Below, piece after piece: positions 9,543 through 17,089 of a DNA stretch of 64,000 nt. The translations under genes were made by a program, and so were the position numbers. Below the pieces are notes generated by a model. The model did no database searches. It was not told the origin of the DNA and saw only the letters and a list, made by a program, of their open reading frames with translations. The number at the start of each line of letters is the position of its first letter. Within the stretch, counting starts at the first letter, position 1. The stretch lies in sequence record SRR2962707_771, one strand, 5' to 3'.

Positions 9543-9558
9543 TTGAGCAAATGGTCAG
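9543..9558. promoter_or_regulatory. RutR-like operator upstream of the purine permease
   Basis: TTGAGCAAATGGTCAG versus the RutR box TTGACCAnnTGGTCAA (2 mismatches). Confidence 0.6.
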
Positions 9559-9886
9559 ACTTTTTAAAAAAGGCCGCTAGTATAAAAAATATGATCTAAA
9601 TATGGCAGTATTATTAAAGAAAAAAGCCATTTTGATGGTGGGATCTGATGATTTTCGTGAAATATCTGGCGTTTTTACGAAGCGTTGAGACAAATAGAGA
9701 GGAATAGGCTGCGTTTGTTTGTAAAAAAATGCACAAGTTTTCAATGAGCCTGGCTCGCTTTAGCTGACACTCGAATCGCTTTGGCTAAGCAGAATCGAGT
9801 GGCAGGCAGCGGGGTTAAAGATGTTTATAGGAGGGCGCTTTGGTAAAAGGAAGCCCGCCAAAATAGCCCAATAAAATGCCGCGCGA

Positions 9887-11527
9887 TCAGTCACGACAGG
9901 GCTGGTAAATATCTAGATTTTTATCGTAGGCGTTGGTTTTTACGTCCATGATGCCAAGCAAGGAACTAAAAACGTAATCTTGAGAAAAGTCGCCCTTCTT
10001 GGCTTCTTTCCTTAAACAGGCTTCGTCGATGTGTTTGCTTTGTTTAAAGCCGTCAGACAGCCATAAAATAAGCGGCACTGTGGTTTGGAAGGCTGGCGCA
10101 ACGGCATAAGGAACACCGTGTAAAAACAAGCCATCTTCCCCTAATGATTCCCCATGATCTGAAATATAAAAAAGGGCGGTGTTGTATTGCCCACTTAAGC
10201 TTTTCAGCTTGTTAATCGCTTGGCTAATGACGTAGTCAGTGTAAACAATGGTGTTGTCGTAAGTGTTGACTATGCTGTTTACAGAGCAATCTTCTATTTC
10301 ACTGCTTTGGCAATCCGGTAAGAACTTTTCTTGTTCTTTTGGGTAGCGTAGATAATAGGTTGGTCCATGGCTGCCCATTACATGCATGACCAGTAATTTG
10401 TCCTTGCCTTTCATGGCTGCTATTTGGCTGTCGAGGTTTTGCAGTAGTGCCATGTCTAAGCAGGTACTGCCATTGCAAAATTGATCTTTGCGTGATCTGT
10501 CTATGACTATTTTAGGGATGCGCTTGGCCACATCTTTATCGCCGCCGTCGTTTTCTTTCCACAGTAAAGAGACGCCAGCGCGCTGCAAAATATCCATCAC
10601 ATTGTCTTGGTTATAAGTGCGCTTTTTGTTGTAGTCGTGACGCCCTTGTTGCGAAAACATACAAGGTACGGAGACCGCCGTCGCCGTGCCGCAAGAGTGC
10701 ACGCTTTGGAATGAAATGACGTTCTGTTCTTTTGTATAAGGGTTGGTGTTCTTCGCGTATCCATTTAATGCGTAGTTTTGTGAGCGTGCGGTTTCACCAA
10801 GGATAAAGAAAAACAGAGTGGGTTTTTCATTGCTGCTTTTGTTACTCAGTGTCGCGTCTTCGCCAATGTGTTTGAAAGGGATCGGGCGAGTAAAATAAGT
10901 ATCGTGTAAATAGTTATAAGCGCTGTAAAGGTAATAGGTCGGAATGATCATTCTTTTGAGTGAGCCATGATTCCTTCCTACGGCACTTAAATCTTTATAA
11001 GAGAAAAACAACAAGAGCAAAAGCAGAATGACAGACAGGCCTATCGCGATGGCTTTTCTAAGCAAGGCAATCCCTGGTTTCATTGGGGCAAAGGCCACTA
11101 ATAGGGACGGAATAACACCGGTAATGGTAATCCAACTGATTGAGTGTAGGTTCAAGTAAGACGCCGCTTCACTTGAATCTGTCTCAAGCGCATTTTCTAT
11201 CATCCCATAATCGACATTAATGCCATAAAACAACATGGTGTAACTGACGATACTGGAGGTGATGAGTAGAAAGATAAAAAACGCTTTGCCGACATAAGGC
11301 CAGCTAAAAAGATTGAAGATAATATTGAGTATTAACAGCAAAAAAAGCGGGATAGGCAGAATGGTAACGACATTCATGTCTCCAATGCTGGTTAATACTG
11401 TTTTCAGCTCACGATAAAAAGGAAGGTTGACGACTAGAGTATAATAAATGGCCAGAATGAAAGACAGAGAGCTATAAGAAAGCTGAAACCTAGGTTCCTT
11501 TTTTTGAGACGTCTTTTTCTCGCTCAT
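9887..11527 (-). CDS. eptA: Lipid A phosphoethanolamine transferase (EptA/MCR family), copy 1
   Basis: N-terminal TM helices; catalytic motifs GETAR, SCGTATAVSVPCMFS, GSHGPTY, SDHGESLGE. Confidence 0.93.
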   Translation of the reverse strand: MSEKKTSQKKEPRFQLSYSSLSFILAIYYTLVVNLPFYRELKTVLTSIGDMNVVTILPIPLFLLLILNIIFNLFSWPYVGKAFFIFLLITSSIVSYTMLFYGINVDYGMIENALETDSSEAASYLNLHSISWITITGVIPSLLVAFAPMKPGIALLRKAIAIGLSVILLLLLLFFSYKDLSAVGRNHGSLKRMIIPTYYLYSAYNYLHDTYFTRPIPFKHIGEDATLSNKSSNEKPTLFFFILGETARSQNYALNGYAKNTNPYTKEQNVISFQSVHSCGTATAVSVPCMFSQQGRHDYNKKRTYNQDNVMDILQRAGVSLLWKENDGGDKDVAKRIPKIVIDRSRKDQFCNGSTCLDMALLQNLDSQIAAMKGKDKLLVMHVMGSHGPTYYLRYPKEQEKFLPDCQSSEIEDCSVNSIVNTYDNTIVYTDYVISQAINKLKSLSGQYNTALFYISDHGESLGEDGLFLHGVPYAVAPAFQTTVPLILWLSDGFKQSKHIDEACLRKEAKKGDFSQDYVFSSLLGIMDVKTNAYDKNLDIYQPCRD

Positions 11528-11560
11528 TTTTATTCCTAGTTTATGAAAAACAAAGGCGTG

Positions 11561-11593
11561 ATTCTAGTGAAAGGCGGTTGAAAAAAACACAAA
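11561..11593 (-). promoter_or_regulatory. Putative eptA copy 1 promoter (-10 plus upstream T-rich box)
   Basis: Minus-strand TTTGTGTTTTTTTCAA-N11-TAGAAT; same geometry as upstream of copy 2. Confidence 0.55.
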
Positions 11594-11649
11594 AGAAAAA
11601 GGGTTTAAAGTGATTAAAAAGAGGCAATTATAAGGAAGTGTCATTGGCG

Positions 11650-11680
11650 TGCACTCTTCCCTTGTTAAGAGAAGAGTGCA
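11650..11680. other. Intergenic stem-loop between the eptA copies
   Basis: 10-bp stem TGCACTCTTC/GAAGAGTGCA with no U-tract on the coding strand. Confidence 0.5.
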
Positions 11681-11690
11681 GGTATCGGTT

Positions 11691-13355
11691 TTAGGAACGA
11701 CAAGCCTGATAGATATCTAGGTTCTTATCGTAAGCGGTGGTTTGAACATCCATAATGCCAAGGAGTGAACTGAACACATAATCTTGAGAAAAATCTCCGT
11801 TTTTGGCGGCTTTTTTCAAGCAACTCTCGTCAATGTTTTTGCTTTTCTTAAAGCCGTCGGACATCCATAAGATCAAGGGAACCGTAGTTTGAAAATCAGG
11901 CGCTACCGCATAAGGTACGCCATGTAGATATAGGCCGTTTTCGCCTAGAGATTCTCCGTGATCCGAGAGATAAAGCAACGCGGTATTGTATTGATTGCTT
12001 AGTGCCTTGAGTTTATCAATTGCTTGGCTCACCACATAATCTGTGTACACAATCGTATTGTCATAGGTGTTGACGATTTGATCGGTCGAGCAGTTTTCTA
12101 TTTCGCTGCTTTGGCAATCCGGTAAAAATTTCTGTTGAGCCTTTGGGTAACGCAAATAATAGGTGGGTCCGTGACTGCCCATAAGATGCATGACGACCAG
12201 TTTTTCATTGCCTTTCATGGCATTGATTTCACTGTCTAAGCCTTGCAGTAGCGCCATGTCTAAGCAGGTACCACCGTTGCAAAACTGGTTGTCATGCGAG
12301 CGGTCGATTTGTACTTTCGGAATACGCTTGGCAACCTCTTTATCTCCCCCATCGTTTTCTTTCCACAGCAAAGACACGCCAGCGCGTTGCAGTATATCCA
12401 GTGCGTTGTCTTGATTATATGAACGTTGTTTGTCGTAATCGTGTCGTCCTTGTTGGGAAAACATACAAGGAACAGACACCGCAGTGGCGGTACCGCAAGA
12501 GTGAACGCTTTGAAAGGAAATAACGTCTTGTTTTTCAGTATAAGGGTTGGTGTTTTTGGCGTAGCCGTTTAATGCATAATTTTGTGAGCGTGCTGTTTCG
12601 CCAAGAATAAAGAAAAACAAAGTTGGCTTCTCATTCACTTTTGGGTCTGCATTTTTAACCACTATTTTTGCGTCTTCTCCAATGTGCTTAAACGTCATTG
12701 GTGTAGAGAAGTAAGTATCTCGAACATAGTGGTAAGTGCTGTAGACATAATACCCTGGGAGAATCATCTTTTTCAGATAAGAATTGTTGCGTCCAACAGC
12801 GCTAAAATCTTTGTAGGTGAAAAACAATAAGAATAAGAGTAAGGCGAATAACGTTATGATAGAAATGGCCTTTTTAAGCAGCCCAAGGCCTGGTTTCATT
12901 GGCACGAGAGCGACCAGGATAGCCGGAATAACACCCGTGATGGTCACCCAGGTGAAAGAGTGTAGATTGAGATAAGACGCGGCTTCACTGACGTCTGTTT
13001 CAAATGCGTTTTCGATCATGCCGTAATCGACATTGATGCCGTAAAACAACATGACATAGCTCACCATGCTGGAGGTGATCAAGAGTAAGGAGAAAATGGG
13101 TTTGCCAATATAAGGCCAGCTAAAGACGCTAAAAATAATACTGTTCAATAAAAAAATAAACAATGGAATAGCGATGATAAAGCTTATGTGAACATTATCT
13201 AGGCCAGATAATATTTTATAAAAATCATTATAAAGAGGGATGTTAACCACAACGGCATAATAAAAAGCCAAAACAATAGGCAAGCTTGTATAAGATAATG
13301 CTAACGATCGTTTATTTTTTGGTTTGTTGTTTGTTTGAGTGTTATCTGCTTTCAT
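11691..13355 (-). CDS. eptA: Lipid A phosphoethanolamine transferase (EptA/MCR family), copy 2
   Basis: Same catalytic motif set as copy 1, with long identical peptide blocks. Confidence 0.93.
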   Translation of the reverse strand: MKADNTQTNNKPKNKRSLALSYTSLPIVLAFYYAVVVNIPLYNDFYKILSGLDNVHISFIIAIPLFIFLLNSIIFSVFSWPYIGKPIFSLLLITSSMVSYVMLFYGINVDYGMIENAFETDVSEAASYLNLHSFTWVTITGVIPAILVALVPMKPGLGLLKKAISIITLFALLLFLLFFTYKDFSAVGRNNSYLKKMILPGYYVYSTYHYVRDTYFSTPMTFKHIGEDAKIVVKNADPKVNEKPTLFFFILGETARSQNYALNGYAKNTNPYTEKQDVISFQSVHSCGTATAVSVPCMFSQQGRHDYDKQRSYNQDNALDILQRAGVSLLWKENDGGDKEVAKRIPKVQIDRSHDNQFCNGGTCLDMALLQGLDSEINAMKGNEKLVVMHLMGSHGPTYYLRYPKAQQKFLPDCQSSEIENCSTDQIVNTYDNTIVYTDYVVSQAIDKLKALSNQYNTALLYLSDHGESLGENGLYLHGVPYAVAPDFQTTVPLILWMSDGFKKSKNIDESCLKKAAKNGDFSQDYVFSSLLGIMDVQTTAYDKNLDIYQACRS

Positions 13356-13390
13356 TCGCTATTCCAGAAGGGTGTTTTCTTAGGGGGCGA

Positions 13391-13423
13391 ATGCTAATAA
13401 TGACAGGATGAAAAAAATGTAAA
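13391..13423 (-). promoter_or_regulatory. Putative eptA copy 2 promoter (-10 plus OmpR-family-like box)
   Basis: Minus-strand TTTACATTTTTTTCAT-N11-TAGCAT. Confidence 0.6.
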
Positions 13424-13595
13424 TGTTGTTTTCTAATGCAAATTCATTATCTCAATAAAAGACAATTAATTTGCATTTAAAAGAGAAATATTTTATTTAT
13501 TTTTCATTTTTTTAAGACTGATCAGATGTTATTGATGCGGAATGCTGCGTTTTTTATCTATGTGATCAAAAAAAGAAAATGCTGAAAAATAAACA

Positions 13596-14531
13596 TCAAG
13601 CTTGAAAAATAAGTGCTTTCAAGCCACTTTCTGAGTCAATGTCAGGAAACTCGGCAGGATTGTCTAAGCGTGACAGAAATTGTAAGTTTGGGGCTTCTGC
13701 TTTCATGCCGTCAATCAAAAATTGAGCGCTTAATGTTGGGTCGTTAACGCAGGCGAGTACCTTGCCTTTTTGCGTTAGTAATTCTGGTAAGCGGCGTAAA
13801 ATCTTCTGGTAATCTTTGGTGATGGCAAAGCTGCCTTTCTGAAACGTAGGTGGGTCGATAATAATCAGATCATACTGACCGTATTTTTTGATTTTCCCCC
13901 AAGATTTGAAAATATCATGGCCAAAGAAAGAGACTTGACTAAGGTCGTGCCCATTTAGGCGATGATTTTCTCTGCCCCTGTTCAGTACCGATTTAGCCAT
14001 GTCTATATTCACCACGTATTCTGCTTCTCCCGCCAGCGCCGCAACGGAAAAACCACAGGTGTAGGAGAACAGATTCAGAACACGTTTGTGTTGACTGTTT
14101 TCTTTTACCCATTTTCGACCTAAGCGCATGTCTAAAAACAATCCGCTGTTTTGATTTCGGTCGAGATCAAGCTTAAATGTTAAACCATTTTCAGTGATCA
14201 GCTGCTGAGTGTGATGTTCGCCCCAAATGCATTCTATCGGCGTATTTTGTTGGTAGCGGTGTTGGAGTAACAGGGACCTGGTTGAGCTGGATTGCCATTG
14301 TGGAGTGCTCGTCCATTGCTCAAGAGTGTCCTGTAGCGCCAATAGAAAATCCTCTGCTGGCGCCTTGAATAAAGAAACCAGCACTTGCCCTTGTAACCAA
14401 TCCACCGTGATGTGTTCTAGTCCTTCAAAACAGCGACCTCGACCGTGAAAAAGACGACGAGTTTCGTGCTCAATGGTGCTCAGTGCATTTAGGGTGTGTT
14501 GGCTTAGAATGGGTAACGAGGCGGTATGCAT
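13596..14531 (-). CDS. Class I SAM-dependent methyltransferase (RlmI/RlmK-like catalytic domain)
   Basis: GLFLDMR, VLNLFSYTCGFSVAA, DLIIIDPPTF. Confidence 0.88.
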   Translation of the reverse strand: MHTASLPILSQHTLNALSTIEHETRRLFHGRGRCFEGLEHITVDWLQGQVLVSLFKAPAEDFLLALQDTLEQWTSTPQWQSSSTRSLLLQHRYQQNTPIECIWGEHHTQQLITENGLTFKLDLDRNQNSGLFLDMRLGRKWVKENSQHKRVLNLFSYTCGFSVAALAGEAEYVVNIDMAKSVLNRGRENHRLNGHDLSQVSFFGHDIFKSWGKIKKYGQYDLIIIDPPTFQKGSFAITKDYQKILRRLPELLTQKGKVLACVNDPTLSAQFLIDGMKAEAPNLQFLSRLDNPAEFPDIDSESGLKALIFQA

Positions 14532-14595
14532 AATGTATTTTTCGTTGTGAATGACGCGATGGCGTATTTTAGGTGAAATGGCTTCTTGAGTCAGT

Positions 14596-14644
14596 AAAAA
14601 ACCGCGTAAGGCCTCGCCAAAAGAGAGCGTGGCGAGGCCTTACG
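14596..14644 (-). terminator. Rho-independent terminator after the PepSY-TM gene
   Basis: 15-bp stem CGTAAGGCCTCGCCA/TGGCGAGGCCTTACG followed by a T-run on the minus strand. Confidence 0.8.
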
Positions 14645-14645
14645 A

Positions 14646-15953
14646 TCAGTGGACGGCTTTTTTCCAGCGTATGCAGTCGATGACTAAAAAGCACAATAGG
14701 CTCACGCCCATGGCTGGCAACGACACACCCAGAATAATGGCGATCGCCAAGGTCACGCTTTTTGTGGTGATGCTGAGTTTTTGCCATGCCTCTAGCAAGG
14801 GTTTTGATGCGGCTCCTGGAGCAGGGCGACGACGCCACCACATCAGATACCCCCATACCACCATGGTGCACAAGCCTAGCCCAAAAAAGACTAAGAGTAT
14901 TTGGTTTACAACACCAAATAAGACGCCCATGTGGAAGTCGACACCCCAACGGATCAGTTTGGCAACGATTGGGAAGGTGGCAAAATCGGCTCGACTCACC
15001 ACTTTCATATTGCTTGGGTCAATGGCGACAGAATCGACTTGTGTGGGCCATGAACGATCAATCTCACGAACAAACCAAGCTTTATTGGCTTTTCTTGGGG
15101 GCTTTATCTCGATCTTATTTGCGTCAATTCCAGCGGCGCGGGCTGTGGCCAGTACTTGATCAAATAAGATGTCGGTGTTTTTGCTGGCGTCTATGTTCAC
15201 TAGGTTGGTGTTAGGGGATGGCGTGTACCACCCTAAAGACTGACGAACCGTGGAGATGTTGCCGCCAGCCCATTTTGACCAGGTTAGCCCAGTGGCCGAG
15301 AAAAAGAACAAACCAATGAGTAAAATAAGGCCCAGCTGGCTGTGGTTTTTTCTGGTTGTTAAGTAAGGGGTTCGTGAGGCGACATCGGGCTGGTTTTTCT
15401 TGCCGCCTTTGTACCATAAGAACACGCCACCGAACGCGACAATCCATAACCATGATGCGGCAAGTTCGCTGTAATTACGCCCAAATTCACCCAACAAAAG
15501 TTGTCTGTGTAGGAAATCTAGGGTCATACGAAATGGCAAAATACCACTGGTGCCATAAACCGCCATATCGCCTTTGGCGGCGAGTGTAGCAGGGTCAATA
15601 AAGACCGCGCGAGCGCCTGAGGCGGTGGTGGCGTCGAGAAACATCACACGTGTGGTGTCTCCTTGTTCTGGCGCCGGTCTGACGGCGAACAAGGTTAAGT
15701 CTTTATTAAGTGATTCTTTGGCGGCAGCAATTTGTGATGACAGAGGGCGTGATGGCCCTGTGCTGTCCGTGGTTAGCGCGTCTTTATACAGCGCATGTTC
15801 AATTTGCGGCGTTAAGATATAGAGGGTTCCGGTCAAAGCGGCAACCAGAATAAAAGGGCCAATAAACAAGCCAATGTAAAAGTGCAGGCGTGTTATTAGC
15901 ATTAGCAAGGCGTTCGAATGAGGCGCTTTGTTTAACGTTTTATCAGTAGACAT
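14646..15953 (-). CDS. PepSY-associated TM helix domain protein (metal uptake/reductase-like inner membrane protein)
   Basis: RLHFYIGLFIGPF, LHRQLLLG, FHMGVLFG His-containing TM motifs; TGLTWS; WWRRRP. Confidence 0.9.
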   Translation of the reverse strand: MSTDKTLNKAPHSNALLMLITRLHFYIGLFIGPFILVAALTGTLYILTPQIEHALYKDALTTDSTGPSRPLSSQIAAAKESLNKDLTLFAVRPAPEQGDTTRVMFLDATTASGARAVFIDPATLAAKGDMAVYGTSGILPFRMTLDFLHRQLLLGEFGRNYSELAASWLWIVAFGGVFLWYKGGKKNQPDVASRTPYLTTRKNHSQLGLILLIGLFFFSATGLTWSKWAGGNISTVRQSLGWYTPSPNTNLVNIDASKNTDILFDQVLATARAAGIDANKIEIKPPRKANKAWFVREIDRSWPTQVDSVAIDPSNMKVVSRADFATFPIVAKLIRWGVDFHMGVLFGVVNQILLVFFGLGLCTMVVWGYLMWWRRRPAPGAASKPLLEAWQKLSITTKSVTLAIAIILGVSLPAMGVSLLCFLVIDCIRWKKAVH

Positions 15954-16128
15954 AACAAGATAAAGTCCATAAAACCGTTTCGCCTGAGTGTCTGTTCGCA
16001 GAAAGCGGCGGCAAACTTCAGGTAAACAGGGTAACTGTGATAAAGACGACCGTTTTTAATTCAGCCTTGTGCTCAGTTCAAATGCCTGAGTTGAGTGACT
16101 AAATTAACTAGAAACCGTCGTGTGTTAT

Positions 16129-16581
16129 TTAGGTGATATCAGTATGGAGCGACAGGCGTGGCGGTGCCCTAGGTTGTATGGCGGCATAAGTGGGGGGCAG
16201 TTCAATCTCTAAAATGGCGGCGGCAATGGCAAGGTAAGCCTGTTGCGGAATAATCGGTAACGAGAACGAAAAGACATTGAGCCAGTTTAAATGAAACAAT
16301 AACGTACAGTAGCCACAAGCCGCTTCTAACCCAAAGTGGTTGGCGGCACTGTCTGATGTCGCAAGGGTTTGAGCGGCGAGGGACGGGGCCGTGTTTTGAT
16401 GGCTCTCATGCTGCATAGCCCCATGATTCATAGATTCATGGTTCATAGAGGCATGATTTAGCTGAGAAATAAGCGGCGCAATATAGATAAGCGCCATTGC
16501 GAACAAGCTAATAAAAGCGTTCCGGCGCATAATCTGAGAAACGGCTGTTGCGTGCCTAGTGGCCGAGTTCAACGTCATCAA
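16129..16581 (-). CDS. DUF2946-family protein (CruR/CutF-like leader with CxxC and RAPP motifs)
   Basis: N-terminal hydrophobic LFAMALIYIAPLISQ, His/Met-rich linker, ACGYC, C-terminal PRAPP. Confidence 0.88.
   Translation of the reverse strand: MMTLNSATRHATAVSQIMRRNAFISLFAMALIYIAPLISQLNHASMNHESMNHGAMQHESHQNTAPSLAAQTLATSDSAANHFGLEAACGYCTLLFHLNWLNVFSFSLPIIPQQAYLAIAAAILEIELPPTYAAIQPRAPPRLSLHTDIT
16399..16458 (-). repeat. In-frame 15-bp imperfect tandem repeat encoding NHASM-NHESM-NHGAM-QHESH
   Basis: Four 5-codon units visible in both DNA and protein. Confidence 0.75.
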
Positions 16582-16620
16582 AATACTGTCTAATGAGTGA
16601 TTACTTTATGGCGATTAGGA

Positions 16621-17004
16621 TTATGCTTGAATGTCGTGTTGGTGCTCTTGAGCAGAAGAAACAATGCATTCGCCCGCTAAGTTAGAAGCCACGCCAACAC
16701 AGAAACCATCATTGTTCATTCCGGTTAGCCATTTTTCAGACCAGTCTTGTGCAGACACTTCCATTGCTTGGAAACCGGCGTATTCTTGAGCGCCCCATTT
16801 CGTGGCAAGTTCAGCGGTGGGCCAAATAGGCAATACTTTATCGCTGCCTAAATCAATGATTAAACAACCTTCCGAGTCGGCTAATACAAAAATACTGCGA
16901 TTTCTTTTTAGATGTTTAATGACTTCCTCATAACGGCTGTTACTTGGTAAACGGAAAAAAGCATCGGAAGAGAAGTCTGTTGTTGTCATTGATATGAAGC
17001 TCAA
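16621..17004 (-). CDS. DUF2750-family protein
   Basis: RYEEVI, IFVLADSEGC, LPIWP, WLTGM..DG pattern; start may be the ATG at 16989. Confidence 0.75.
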   Translation of the reverse strand: MSFISMTTTDFSSDAFFRLPSNSRYEEVIKHLKRNRSIFVLADSEGCLIIDLGSDKVLPIWPTAELATKWGAQEYAGFQAMEVSAQDWSEKWLTGMNNDGFCVGVASNLAGECIVSSAQEHQHDIQA

Positions 17005-17042
17005 AATAAAAAAGAAACCATAATAGCATGTTATGGTTTCTT
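17003..17042 (-). terminator. Terminator after the deaminase gene
   Basis: 12-bp stem AAGAAACCATAA/TTATGGTTTCTT followed by a T-rich tract on the minus strand. Confidence 0.7.
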
Positions 17043-17089
17043 GTCAGTAGCGTTTGAGCAGGATTGCGGGTTAGCGCGAGGAATGGTGA

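Noticed and set aside
9447-9750. Purine riboswitch upstream of the NCS2 permease
   Set aside because: No purine-aptamer consensus is visible, and a protein operator (RutR-like box) explains the regulation better
9758-9820. Long hairpin ending GGCAGCGGGGTT, reminiscent of the 3' end of a c-di-GMP-I riboswitch
   Set aside because: It lacks the P1 GGCAAA/GGGACGCAAA core and GNRA loop, and has no downstream gene on that strand; more likely a 3' UTR structure of eptA copy 1
9887-13355. Mobile mcr colistin-resistance cassette
   Set aside because: No IS, transposase, integrase or target-site duplication flanks the genes, which look chromosomal
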